In this document: one piece after another, positions 1-9,037 of the stretch
How the letters are laid out: each line of letters opens with the position of its first letter
Position numbering within the stretch: position 1 is the first letter of the stretch
From: Firmicutes bacterium UBA4795
GTDB lineage: Bacteria; Bacillota; Desulfotomaculia; Desulfotomaculales; Nap2-2B
Length of the DNA stretch: 64,000 nt
Assembly: GCA_002402825.1 (NCBI GenBank)
Contig: DHGP01000018.1
Location: 9,150 to 73,149 of the forward strand
Direction: 5' to 3'
Notes under the pieces: model-generated
What the model saw: only the letters and a program-made list of their open reading frames with translations
The model's database searches: none
Told to the model about the DNA's origin: nothing
Made by a program: the position numbers and the translations under genes

Positions 1-676
1 GTTTAGCCAGGCGCATAAACTGGGGAGCGCAGGTAGGTTTTAATTCCAGGGGGATTTCCTGTTGTTTTTTTAAAATGCGGCGGAGCAAATCTTCATATTG
101 AGCGGAGCGTAAAGTGGTTTCTTCAATATTTACGGCCCGGCCGGCGGGAACCAAAAAGAAAATATGGTGGGCCACCGCTCCCATCTTAAGGGCAAAATCA
201 GTTAGGTCCTCAATTTCATGGCTGTTCCAATCCATTACGGTGGTATGAATTTGAAAAGAAAGACCTTCCTTTAAACAAGCCCGCATACCATTTACGGCAG
301 CCTGCCAGGAGCCCGGGACGGCGCGAAAATCATCATGCAAAGCAATGTTTAAGCTGTCCAAACTAATTCCTGCTACTTGAACCCCTGCCTTTTTTAAGTT
401 TTGGGCTGTTTGGCCGTCAATTAAAGTTCCGTTAGTTCCTAATACAGGTCGTAAACCTTGTTTTTTGGCCTGACGAATTAAATCGTAAATATCCGGTCGC
501 ATTAAAGGTTCCCCGCCGCTAAAAATCATGATTCGAAAGCCGGTGTGAGCAATCTCATTTATTAAATTTATCCCTTCCGGGGTGGTAAGCTCATTAGCGG
601 CTGTCCAATGGGCATCACGGTAGCAGTGTTTACAGTAAAGATTACAGGAGTTAGTAACATTCCAGGAAACCAGCAT
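1..676 (-). CDS. Radical SAM protein, NirJ/AhbC-like (tetrapyrrole modification); 3' end cut by window edge
   Basis: Absent from the ORF track because it runs off the window. Minus-strand translation from ATG 676-674 gives MLVSWNVTNSCNLYCKHCYRDA...IFSGGEPLMRPD, with a CxxxCxxC radical-SAM motif and a GGEP motif. A purine-rich GGGGGATAGGAAA lies upstream. It sits in the hem operon. Confidence 0.7.
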   Translation of the reverse strand, partial: MLVSWNVTNSCNLYCKHCYRDAHWTAANELTTPEGINLINEIAHTGFRIMIFSGGEPLMRPDIYDLIRQAKKQGLRPVLGTNGTLIDGQTAQNLKKAGVQVAGISLDSLNIALHDDFRAVPGSWQAAVNGMRACLKEGLSFQIHTTVMDWNSHEIEDLTDFALKMGAVAHHIFFLVPAGRAVNIEETTLRSAQYEDLLRRILKKQQEIPLELKPTCAPQFMRLAK

Positions 677-735
677 CAATTTCCTATCCCCCTAATTCTT
701 AATCTCTACTTTTTAAGTAACTTAATTATTTATTT

Positions 736-1713
736 TCAGGCTTTACTTAGCCACCGGGCTGCTTCAAGGGCATGGTAAGTCAGAATAAAGTCTGCCCCGG
801 CCCGCTTTATGGCCGTCAGGTTTTCTATAACCAGGCGCGGCTCGTCAATCCAACCTTTTTGCGCCGCGGCTTTAACCATGGCGTATTCCCCGCTAACGTT
901 ATAGGCAGCTACGGGATAGGGGAAGGTGTCTTTAACCAGGCGAATAATGTCCAGGTAGGCTAAAGCAGGTTTAACCATTACTATATCCGCTCCTTCTTGA
1001 AGGTCCAGGTAAACTTCCCGCAAAGCTTCAATTGCGTTAGCCGGGTCCATTTGGTAACTCTGCCGGTCACCAAACTGAGGGGTTGAGGCGGCTGCTTCCC
1101 GGAAAGGGCCGTAGTAAGCCGAGGCGTACTTGGCCGCATAGGCTAAAATAGGAACCTGGTCAAAACCAGTCTCGTCAAGCAACAATCGGATAGCTTTTAC
1201 CCGTCCGTCCATCATATCGGAAGGCGCCACCATATCGGCTCCTGCTCTTACGTGGGAAAGAGCGATTTTGGCCAGCAGTTCTAAGGTGGCATCGTTTAAA
1301 ATTTTCCCATTGGCTACCACCCCACAGTGTCCGTGGCTGGTATAGGCGCAAAGACAAACATCTGTGATAACCAAAAGGTCAGGAAACTTATCTTTAATTG
1401 CTCTTACAGCCTGGCTTACAATGCCCTCACGGGCGTAAGCTTCAGAACCTCTTTCATCCTTGACTTTAGGGAGGCCAAAAATAATAATGCCCGGAATGCC
1501 AGCTGCTTGCACTAGTTTTAACTCTTCTTGTAAAGCATCAATGGAAAAATGATGGATTCCCGGCATAGATTGAATAGGTTCACGAATTCCTTTACCATGG
1601 CATACGAAGGCCGGGTAAATCAGGTCGGTAACTTTAAGCTGGGTTTCCCTTACTAGTTGCCGGAAAGAGCTTTTAGCCCTTAACCGGCGGGGCCGGAAAA
1701 CTGGGTAATACAT
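736..1713 (-). CDS. hemB: Porphobilinogen synthase (delta-aminolevulinate dehydratase)
   Basis: 325 aa. Cys-rich Zn site [14 protein letters not shown] and the Schiff-base Lys context [10 protein letters not shown]. Confidence 0.93.
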   Translation of the reverse strand: MYYPVFRPRRLRAKSSFRQLVRETQLKVTDLIYPAFVCHGKGIREPIQSMPGIHHFSIDALQEELKLVQAAGIPGIIIFGLPKVKDERGSEAYAREGIVSQAVRAIKDKFPDLLVITDVCLCAYTSHGHCGVVANGKILNDATLELLAKIALSHVRAGADMVAPSDMMDGRVKAIRLLLDETGFDQVPILAYAAKYASAYYGPFREAAASTPQFGDRQSYQMDPANAIEALREVYLDLQEGADIVMVKPALAYLDIIRLVKDTFPYPVAAYNVSGEYAMVKAAAQKGWIDEPRLVIENLTAIKRAGADFILTYHALEAARWLSKA

Positions 1714-1782
1714 TTTTGACGTCAGCCTTTCTATGGAGGACGATTCTGTTGACAGCTTACGTCAAACCCTTTTCAAGTCTGG

Positions 1783-2988
1783 TTACATTTTTTTCCTGTT
1801 TGTCAACAGAACTGTCCCCTCGTCTATTTCCTCTTCACTTAAATAACATGCCGGGTCGGAAGCCCAAAAATCACCGTAAAAAGCCTCAGCCCGGGCGCGT
1901 AAATTACCGTTGCAAAGATTAAGCCAGCCGCAACCGGCGCAGCGACCTTTTAGATATGCCCGGCGGTTCCTTAAGGCTTTCAGGACCGGGTGAGATTCGT
2001 CATTCCATATATCCCCAAAACTGCGTTCTTTGACATTGCCAAAAGAAAAGGTACGGGTAAACTGGTCTGCCAGCACAAAGCCTTTCCAATCTATGGCGCC
2101 AATAGCTATTCCCGAACGGTTACCTCCATTTTGGGCCAGTAAGGTGTAAGCCCTTTTAGCTATGGCAGGTTCTTTTTCCCTTAATTTAAGGTAAAGATAA
2201 ATTCCGTCGGCGTGGTTGTCCACCGTTAAAATTTCTTTTTCTAATCCTCGCTGCTGAAAGTCAAGTGTTTTTTTTATAATTAGGTCTAAGGCTGCCCTTG
2301 ATTGTTCATGAGTTAAGTCTTCGTTAACTAATTTAGCTCCCCGCCCGGCATAAACTAAATGATAAAAGCACACCCGGGGGATGTTTTCTGTTTCTACTAA
2401 TTTGAAGATGTTTTCAAGCTCGCCAGCATTGTAACGGTTAAGGGTAAAACGCAAACCTACCTTTTGCCCCACCGCCAGGCACTCCCTTATTCCTGCTAAG
2501 GCCTGGTCAAAAGCCCCGGGCACCCCCCGGAAAAAGTCATTCACCTCGCCTAGACCGTCTAAACTAACACCTACGTAACTAACCCCGGCTTCTTTAATTT
2601 TTTGGGCCATTTGATGGGTAATTAAAGTCCCGTTAGTGGATAAAGTAACCCTGATTCCTTTATCTACGGCGATTGAGGCAAGCTTAAAAATATCCTGGCG
2701 CAGGAGCGGCTCACCCCCGGAAAGAAGCAAAACCGGGACTTTAAAGGCAGCCAGTTCAGTAATTAACTTTTTTGCTTCAGTGCCTGTCAGTTCTTCTCCG
2801 CCCGGGTGCTGGCCGGCCCCCGCGTAACAATGCCGGCAGCGCAAGTTGCAAAGGCGGGTCATATTCCAAACCACCACCGGACCTAAGCCGGCCCCTGCGC
2901 CATGCTTTGAGCGGCGGGAGGCAGGGCTATAACGTAAAGCATCGCCGTAATTTTCCCTTCCGCCAAGAAGCTTACTAATACTAAGCAT
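1783..2988 (-). CDS. Radical SAM/SPASM protein, NirJ/AhbD-like (putative haem synthase of the sirohaem-dependent route)
   Basis: CNLRCRHCY cluster motif, SGGEPLL, and a C-terminal Cys-rich region GRCAGCGWLNLCNG (SPASM-like). Located in the hem operon. Confidence 0.65.
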   Translation of the reverse strand: MLSISKLLGGRENYGDALRYSPASRRSKHGAGAGLGPVVVWNMTRLCNLRCRHCYAGAGQHPGGEELTGTEAKKLITELAAFKVPVLLLSGGEPLLRQDIFKLASIAVDKGIRVTLSTNGTLITHQMAQKIKEAGVSYVGVSLDGLGEVNDFFRGVPGAFDQALAGIRECLAVGQKVGLRFTLNRYNAGELENIFKLVETENIPRVCFYHLVYAGRGAKLVNEDLTHEQSRAALDLIIKKTLDFQQRGLEKEILTVDNHADGIYLYLKLREKEPAIAKRAYTLLAQNGGNRSGIAIGAIDWKGFVLADQFTRTFSFGNVKERSFGDIWNDESHPVLKALRNRRAYLKGRCAGCGWLNLCNGNLRARAEAFYGDFWASDPACYLSEEEIDEGTVLLTNRKKM

Positions 2989-2997
2989 ATTTCAATT

Positions 2998-4563
2998 TCA
3001 GTCGCCGGACCTCATGACGACTATTTCCTCCTCTCTCGTAAGGCAGGCATCTTGCCTGTCCACCAGGGCTTTAACCAGTCCCTCTACGGTGTATTCCTGG
3101 GCTACAAGGTCAACCTTTAAACCGGCCTTAATTGCCGTTTGCGCGGTAACCGGTCCAATACAAGCAACAGTGACTTTGGCCAATAAATCAGCTAAATCAG
3201 AGGCGTTTAACAAAGAAATAAAATTGCGTACCGTTGAAGAACTAGTGAAGGTAATAACATGAATGTGCCCTTTGGCCAGCATAAACCGGACCAGGTCTAT
3301 ATTACCCTTATCGCCGGCTACTTGGTAAGCGGTTACTTCATCTACGTGTGTCCCTAGGTCAGTTAAGGCTGTAACCAGCACGTCTCTCGCTCCTTTTGCC
3401 CGGGGCAGTAAAACCCGTGCTCCAGGAAAAAGCCTATATTTCAGGCCGGCACTGATTTCCTCCGCCTGGTAGCTTTCCGGCACAAAGTCCACCATCAAAC
3501 CGAAATTTTCCAAAGCTTCTTTTGTGCGGGGACCTATAGCGCCCAGGTGAATATCTTTTAAGCGGCGAATATCCCCTTTTTGCTCCGCCAGCCGCCTGAA
3601 AAAAAACTTGACTCCGTTTACGCTGGTAAAAATTATCCAATCATAACTTTCTATAAAAGCAATGGCTTGATCTAAAGGGCCAAAATCATCGGGCGGGGTA
3701 ATTTTAATGGTAGGAAACTCAAAGGGCTCCCCTCCCAAAGCGGCAATCGCCCGGGATAAAGAATCGGCCTGCTCCCGGGCGCGAGTAACCATGACCCTTT
3801 TTCCAAACAAAGGTTTCTTTTCCCGCCATTTTAATTTTTCTCTTAAAGCTACTACGTCACCTACTACTACCACCACCGGGTTGGTAAGGCCTGCTACGGT
3901 TGCTTTTTGGGCAATATCAGCCAGAGTACCCACATAAGTTTGTTGTTCACTAAAAGTCCCGCAGTAGATTAGCGCGACCGGTGTTTCCGGCGCTCGTCCC
4001 GCCTGGATTATTCTGGCAGTAATTGACTTTAAATTGGCCATACCCATTAAAATTACCAGTGTTCCTACGGCTGAGGCAATTTCTTCCCAGTTAACCCCAT
4101 CCTCACCTTTATCTACGTCTTGATTGCCAGTAACAATTCCTAAACTGGAAGCATAACCCCGGTGGGTAAGCGGAATTCCCGCGTAAGCCGGTACCGCTAT
4201 GGCTGACGTAACCCCGGGTACTATTTCAAAGGTTAAATTATGCGCGGCTAAAGCTTCTGCTTCTTCGCCACCCCGGCCAAAAACGAAGGGGTCTCCTCCT
4301 TTAAGCCGGACTACCACCTTGCCTTCTTTGGCCCGGCTTACTAAAAGACGGTTAATTTCCTCTTGCCTTAAGCTGTTGCTGCCCGGTATTTTTCCTACAT
4401 AAACTAATTCGGCCTCAGGTCTGGCGTATTTAAGCAAAACCGGGTTGATTAAACGGTCGTAAATGATAACTTGCGCTTCTTGAAGACATCTTATCCCTTT
4501 TAGCGTGATCAGTCCTGGGTCGCCCGGCCCTGCACCCACCAGATAAACAATTCCTTTTAGCAC
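2998..4563 (-). CDS. cobA-hemD: Fused uroporphyrinogen-III C-methyltransferase / uroporphyrinogen-III synthase
   Basis: 521 aa. The N-terminus VGAGPGDPGLITLKG is a tetrapyrrole methylase motif. The C-terminal ~250 aa resemble HemD. Confidence 0.88.
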   Translation of the reverse strand: MLKGIVYLVGAGPGDPGLITLKGIRCLQEAQVIIYDRLINPVLLKYARPEAELVYVGKIPGSNSLRQEEINRLLVSRAKEGKVVVRLKGGDPFVFGRGGEEAEALAAHNLTFEIVPGVTSAIAVPAYAGIPLTHRGYASSLGIVTGNQDVDKGEDGVNWEEIASAVGTLVILMGMANLKSITARIIQAGRAPETPVALIYCGTFSEQQTYVGTLADIAQKATVAGLTNPVVVVVGDVVALREKLKWREKKPLFGKRVMVTRAREQADSLSRAIAALGGEPFEFPTIKITPPDDFGPLDQAIAFIESYDWIIFTSVNGVKFFFRRLAEQKGDIRRLKDIHLGAIGPRTKEALENFGLMVDFVPESYQAEEISAGLKYRLFPGARVLLPRAKGARDVLVTALTDLGTHVDEVTAYQVAGDKGNIDLVRFMLAKGHIHVITFTSSSTVRNFISLLNASDLADLLAKVTVACIGPVTAQTAIKAGLKVDLVAQEYTVEGLVKALVDRQDACLTREEEIVVMRSGD

Positions 4564-4603
4564 CTTGATTTACTCCTTTTGGTTAATCAGGACGATTGAC
4601 CTA

Positions 4604-5527
4604 TCATTTTTGCCAGGCGTATGGCCATACGCCCCTACTGTGAAATTTTTCAGCCAGTGTTTCCCCCAGCCATGTGGCTTCGGTCACCTTCCCGGTGATA
4701 GTATTCCGGACAAGTTGTTTGCCATTTTCTGAGGCCACCATACCGGTAATGGTAAGTTTATCTCCTTCAACTTCTCCTAAAACGCCAATGGGATATTGGC
4801 AGCCGACCCCCAATTTACGTAAAAAGGCTCTTTCGGCTGTAACCGTTGCGTTGGAAGAAGGATGGTTTAAAGAAAAAGCTATTTGAGCAACTCGACTGTC
4901 CCCTGCCCTTCCTTCAATACCGATTGCTCCTTGGGCCGCCGCCGGTAAACAGATAGAAAAGGGGATTATTTCGGTGATATTTTTAGCCAGCCCTAGACGT
5001 TGCAATCCAGCCACCGCTATAACAATCCCATCTAATTTTTGCTCATCCATTTTTTTAAGCCGGCGGTCAATATTCCCGCGTAAAGGGACAATTCTGAAAT
5101 CAGGCCGGTAATAAAGCAGTTGCGCGGCGCGACGCAAACTGCTGGTGCCGATAACCGCGTTTTTAGGAAGAGAGCCTAAGGCTAGACCTGTCCGTGAAAC
5201 AAGAGCGTCTGCCGCGTTTCCCCGCGGGCATACCGCCAGCAAAACTAATCCTGTTGGCAACTGGGTGGGCAGGTCTTTTAAGCTATGCACGGCCAGATCA
5301 ATTTCCCCCTTTAAAAGAGCCAGCTCTAATTCCTTAGTAAACAAACCCATGCCACCCGCTTGAACTAAGGACGCCTTTGCAAATTGGTCACCGGTAGTTT
5401 TAATTTTAACCGGCAAAAAGTCAATATCGCGGTGTTTTTCTTTCAAACACTTAATTACCCATTCTGTCTGCCAAAGAGCTAATTTACTTCCTCTGGTACC
5501 AATAAGAAGCTTCTTTTGCATCCTCAC
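4604..5527 (-). CDS. hemC: Hydroxymethylbilane synthase (porphobilinogen deaminase)
   Basis: IGTRGSKLALWQ N-terminal signature and cofactor Cys context GVGCQYPIG. It overlaps the hemA stop, so the start may be the second Met at 5521. Confidence 0.92.
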   Translation of the reverse strand: MRMQKKLLIGTRGSKLALWQTEWVIKCLKEKHRDIDFLPVKIKTTGDQFAKASLVQAGGMGLFTKELELALLKGEIDLAVHSLKDLPTQLPTGLVLLAVCPRGNAADALVSRTGLALGSLPKNAVIGTSSLRRAAQLLYYRPDFRIVPLRGNIDRRLKKMDEQKLDGIVIAVAGLQRLGLAKNITEIIPFSICLPAAAQGAIGIEGRAGDSRVAQIAFSLNHPSSNATVTAERAFLRKLGVGCQYPIGVLGEVEGDKLTITGMVASENGKQLVRNTITGKVTEATWLGETLAEKFHSRGVWPYAWQK

Positions 5528-6824
5528 TTAACACCTTGTTTTTATTTTCTTGCTCTTCAAGTATTTTTAAGTCAAATAAATTTTGTAGTATTTCCGTATA
5601 TAAGTGTCCCTCACCTGCTCCGGCATAAGCTTTTAACTGGGTAATAGGAATGTGGAGTAATTGGTTTACGATGGTGTTGGCTAGCTTAACTAGAACCTGA
5701 TGTTCTTGCTCCGAAAGGTCAGGTAAACTACGCAAGGCTTGCTGTAAGGCTTTTTGTTTAATTTCCTCTCCTTTTTGTTTTAAAAAAACAATGGTCGGCA
5801 CCATAAATTGGGTGCCCAGCCACCGCATAAACTTGACTAATTCTTCTTCAATAATAACCTCCGCTGCCGCTGCCGCTTTTTTGCGTACTTCCAGGTTAGC
5901 GTCAACCACGTTTTGCAGGTCGTCAATATCATAAAGAGATACCCCTGGTAAGGTAGCCACGGCAGGTTCAATATCCCGGGGAACAGCAATATCAATAAGA
6001 ATGAATTGCCTTTCTTCTTGCTGTCGGAGCGCATCTGCCATTTGCTGGTAATAGATAACGTAATGGGGGGCAGCTGTACAACTAATGATAATATCTATTT
6101 CCTTTAAGTGGTTATAAACTTGTGTAAATTTAATTGCTTGTCCCCCAAGCTGTCCGGCCAGCTCAACGGCCTTGGCGTAAGAACGGTTGGTAATGTATAT
6201 TTTATTAGCTTTGTTAGCTTTTAAGTAACCGGCAGTCAAGGTGGACATTTTACCGGCCCCAATAAGTAAAATTGCTTTCCCGGACAAATTTTTAAGGTTT
6301 TGGCGGGCTAGTTCAACGGCTGCGTAACTAATAGAAACAGCGTTTTGGTCAATGCCGGTTTTTTGACGCACCTTTTTGCCAACAGCCAGGGCTTTTTGGA
6401 ATAAAACATTTAGCACCTGGTTTACCGTGCCCACTTCAAAAGCCTGCTGGTAAGCCCGTTTTACCTGGCCCAAAATTTCCGTTTCCCCTAAAAGCATAGA
6501 GTCTAAGCCGGCTGCCACCCGAAAAAGGTGCCGGATAGCATCATAAAGGGTGTAAGTATAGGTATAGTTTTTAATTTCCGTGTCGTTTATACCAGATTTA
6601 TCCTTAAGAAAATCACGGGTTGCCTTTAAGCCCTGGTTTAATTCCCGGGTGGTGACGTAAATTTCCGTCCGATTACAGGTGGATAAAATCACACAACCTT
6701 CAACACCCTGGCAGTTGTATAGGTTCAAGCAAGACTTCGGTATAGAATTTGGTGTAGTAGAAAGTTTTTCCCTAAATTCTACTGGCGCCGTCCGGTGATT
6801 AATCCCTACCACCACGATAAACAA
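5484..6824 (-). CDS. hemA: Glutamyl-tRNA reductase
   Basis: VVGINHRTAPVEFREK, catalytic Cys motif LSTCNRTEIY, and Rossmann LLIGAGKMS. Confidence 0.92.
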   Translation of the reverse strand: MFIVVVGINHRTAPVEFREKLSTTPNSIPKSCLNLYNCQGVEGCVILSTCNRTEIYVTTRELNQGLKATRDFLKDKSGINDTEIKNYTYTYTLYDAIRHLFRVAAGLDSMLLGETEILGQVKRAYQQAFEVGTVNQVLNVLFQKALAVGKKVRQKTGIDQNAVSISYAAVELARQNLKNLSGKAILLIGAGKMSTLTAGYLKANKANKIYITNRSYAKAVELAGQLGGQAIKFTQVYNHLKEIDIIISCTAAPHYVIYYQQMADALRQQEERQFILIDIAVPRDIEPAVATLPGVSLYDIDDLQNVVDANLEVRKKAAAAAEVIIEEELVKFMRWLGTQFMVPTIVFLKQKGEEIKQKALQQALRSLPDLSEQEHQVLVKLANTIVNQLLHIPITQLKAYAGAGEGHLYTEILQNLFDLKILEEQENKNKVLSEDAKEASYWYQRK

Positions 6825-7464
6825 GGGTTAGCCGCTCCTTTGCTTCTTCCAGTTTTTCTTCCCGTACCAATTGTAATAACTTTAAATCCACCAAACGAGT
6901 TAGAATGGCCTGCTTTTGGTCAGATTCGGCAACTTCATTTATGGCTTTCTGCCGTATTTCCCCTAAAAAAGAGACCAGCCACTCAAAAGCCGGACCGTAT
7001 TGTATTTCCAATTCTTCTCTAATTTTTTTGGCTAAAATTGGGCTTTTACCTGTGGTAGAAACGGCAATTTGCAAAAATCCTCTTTTAACCACAGCTGGCA
7101 CAAAAAAGTTACTATATTCAGGGTCGTCAACTACATTAACCAGAATATTGTTTTTAAAACAATCTTTAGCCACCTGCCGATTTATTTCCTTTTGATTAGT
7201 TGCGGCAATTACTAAAACAACTCCGATAAGATCAGCCGGCTGGTAAGTACCTTGCCTGAAGTTGAGTCGCCCATTTTTTACCAGCTTTCTTAAATTTGGC
7301 GTTGCCTCACCAGCCACCATCTTTATCTGGGCGCCGTAATCAAGTAAAGTTAATATCTTTCGTTCGGCCACTGTTCCACCTCCCACCACCAGACATTTCT
7401 GGTTGGTTAAATTTAAAAAAAGGGGATACAGTTTCGCCGCCGGTGGTCTTACCTCAATGTTCAT
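6799..7464 (-). CDS. sirC: Precorrin-2 dehydrogenase / sirohydrochlorin ferrochelatase (CysG N-terminal type)
   Basis: 221 aa with Rossmann VVGGGTVAERK. Sits directly upstream of hemA. Confidence 0.8.
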   Translation of the reverse strand: MNIEVRPPAAKLYPLFLNLTNQKCLVVGGGTVAERKILTLLDYGAQIKMVAGEATPNLRKLVKNGRLNFRQGTYQPADLIGVVLVIAATNQKEINRQVAKDCFKNNILVNVVDDPEYSNFFVPAVVKRGFLQIAVSTTGKSPILAKKIREELEIQYGPAFEWLVSFLGEIRQKAINEVAESDQKQAILTRLVDLKLLQLVREEKLEEAKERLTLVYRGGRD

Positions 7465-7472
7465 TCTTAATT

Positions 7473-8438
7473 TTAATACTCTCTCTTACCAATATAATCA
7501 GCAATCATAGTCAGGTTTTTTTTAGCTGGTTGTTCGGGAATAAAAGCCAGTTCATTTTTAGCTTTTACCAGATAGCGCCAGGCAATTTCCTGAGCGTGGC
7601 CTATGCCCCCCGAATTTTTAATGATTTCTACCGCTTTATCAAGAATAAAAGCATCATTTTGGGTGCTTAGCAAGCTTAAAAGGTTCTTTAAGTCCTCACG
7701 CGCCGGGCTATGCTTTAAGGCATAAATCGTGGGCAGGGTAATAACTCCCTGTTGTAAATCGCTGCCCACTGGTTTACCTAATTGCTGTTCCTTAGCTACA
7801 AAGTCTAAAATATCATCGGTAATTTGAAAAGCCATCCCCACATAATGTCCGTAACGGCGTAAGGCTTCTGACAATTTACGCGGAGCTTCGCAGACCAGGG
7901 CCCCTAATTGACAGCAGGTTGCAATTAACAAAGCTGTCTTACGGCTAATTCGGGAAAAATAATCTTTTATTGGTTGGGCCCAGTTATAACCGTTTTTAAT
8001 TTGCTCTATTTCGCCGACACACATTTTTACCCCCGTGTTGGCTAATATTTTAATAATTGGTTTATCGTAATTAGAAATTAACTTTAATGATTCCGCAAAA
8101 AGATAACTTCCAACGTGTACGGATAATTTATTTCCCCATTTTGCTTTTATAGTTAGTGTTCCCCGGCGCACCAGGGCAGAATCTACTACGTCATCATGCA
8201 CTAAAGAGGCCATATGGGTAAGTTCTACAGCTGCCGCTACTGGTAAAATTTTTTCAAAATTAAAATTACCACACTTGCCGCTTAGGATACAAAAAGCAGG
8301 ACGCAAGCGTTTTCCCCCTGCTTTTAAAAGGTGGGTAGCCGCTTCCGTGACTAAAAGATCCGGTGTTTGGACAACTGAATTAAGCTTTTCTTCTACTCCG
8401 GCCATTTCAGCCTGTATTTCATAAAATAAGCTTTGCAA
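7473..8438 (-). CDS. trans-Polyprenyl diphosphate synthase (heptaprenyl/octaprenyl type)
   Basis: Two Asp-rich motifs, LVHDDVVD and ITDDILD. 321 aa. Confidence 0.85.
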   Translation of the reverse strand: MQSLFYEIQAEMAGVEEKLNSVVQTPDLLVTEAATHLLKAGGKRLRPAFCILSGKCGNFNFEKILPVAAAVELTHMASLVHDDVVDSALVRRGTLTIKAKWGNKLSVHVGSYLFAESLKLISNYDKPIIKILANTGVKMCVGEIEQIKNGYNWAQPIKDYFSRISRKTALLIATCCQLGALVCEAPRKLSEALRRYGHYVGMAFQITDDILDFVAKEQQLGKPVGSDLQQGVITLPTIYALKHSPAREDLKNLLSLLSTQNDAFILDKAVEIIKNSGGIGHAQEIAWRYLVKAKNELAFIPEQPAKKNLTMIADYIGKREY

Positions 8439-8561
8439 TATTTTAAACCACTTTACTAAAAATCCTCTATTTTATTTGGCTTAAAGCGTACCTTATTTTA
8501 AATTAAAAATCAATAGTAGTTTTTAACATGAAAAAATAAAATGTTCCTTTTTAAAGAATTA

Positions 8562-8570
8562 TGTTATAAT
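8562..8570 (+). promoter_or_regulatory. Extended -10 promoter element (TGtTATAAT) for tRNA-Sec
   Basis: TGTTATAAT lies ~44 nt upstream of the mature tRNA 5' end. There is no good -35. Confidence 0.4.
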
Positions 8571-8613
8571 CTACTTAAAACTGTTTAAAATAAAAGTTTT
8601 AGAAGTCTATAAA

Positions 8614-8711
8614 GGGGGTGGCTGGGGCCTGGTGGCCCTCCTGGTCTTCAAAACCAGCCGTGGGGCGGTGCTCCCGTCCCGGGTGAGTTCGATTCTCACC
8701 CACTCCCGCCA
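8614..8711 (+). tRNA. selC: tRNA-Sec (anticodon UCA)
   Basis: Hand-folded. The 8-bp acceptor is GGGGGTGG/CCACTCCC with one G-U. The D-stem is 6 bp (GGGGCC/GGCCCT) with a 4-nt loop TGGT. The anticodon loop is CTTCAAA. There is a long variable arm, a 5-bp T-stem GTGAG/CTCAC with a TTCGATT loop, discriminator G and encoded CCA. The 98 nt fit the bacterial 8/5 Sec architecture. Confidence 0.9.
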
Positions 8712-8782
8712 AAGATTTAATGGTATCATAAACAGGGTTTCAAAAGCGGGTGAGGGGTATAAAAAACATAGGTAAGACTTTC

Positions 8783-8811
8783 TTGACAATCAGCAAAAAT
8801 TGTGTTAAAAA
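8783..8811 (+). promoter_or_regulatory. Sigma-A-type promoter of the sucCD leader
   Basis: TTGACA (8783-8788), a 17-nt spacer, then TGtTAAAAA (8803-8811). Confidence 0.5.
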
Positions 8812-8837
8812 AAGAAAAACTAAATAATTTAATTCAT

Positions 8838-8970
8838 GTCGGGTTCCTGCAGGCATTGCAGGAAAATAGGGAACCAGGTGTAAATCTTGGAAGGTCCGGC
8901 CACTGTAAGCTGGAATTAGAAAAGAAAGGTTATCCTCTGGAATTGTTTTACTTAACCAGGTTTAATTTGC
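8838..8970 (+). promoter_or_regulatory. Cobalamin riboswitch-like aptamer
   Basis: The core AAAATAGGGAACCAGGTGTAAATCTTGGAAGGTCCGGCCACTGTAAGC (8862-8910) matches the conserved AGGGAA / GGUGxAAAUC / GCCACUG blocks. It is preceded by GGGTTCC and a CTGCA-GGCAT-TGCAG hairpin. The 3' B12-box region is atypical. Confidence 0.6.
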
Positions 8971-9037
8971 AATGGTATAATTTGAATTACGTTAATTAGC
9001 CAGATTGAGATAAACAATCAGAGGAAGAGTCGGGTCA

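Noticed and set aside
5484-5527. The 44-nt hemA/hemC overlap, and the 26-nt sirC/hemA overlap, as a possible frameshift or fusion.
   Set aside because: Both proteins are full length with normal termini. The overlap shrinks with the internal Met start and fits ordinary translational coupling.
8973-8981. The TGgTATAAT extended -10 inside the sucCD leader as the main sucCD promoter.
   Set aside because: It is not discarded outright, but it was not called as a feature. It has no good -35 and lies inside the putative expression platform. It is listed as the key alternative that would undermine the riboswitch interpretation.
8607-8999. ORFs 8607-8789 (-) and 8802-8999 (+) from the ORF track.
   Set aside because: The first overlaps the tRNA-Sec gene on the opposite strand. 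The second is made of the riboswitch-like leader. Neither has an RBS or a plausible protein sequence.
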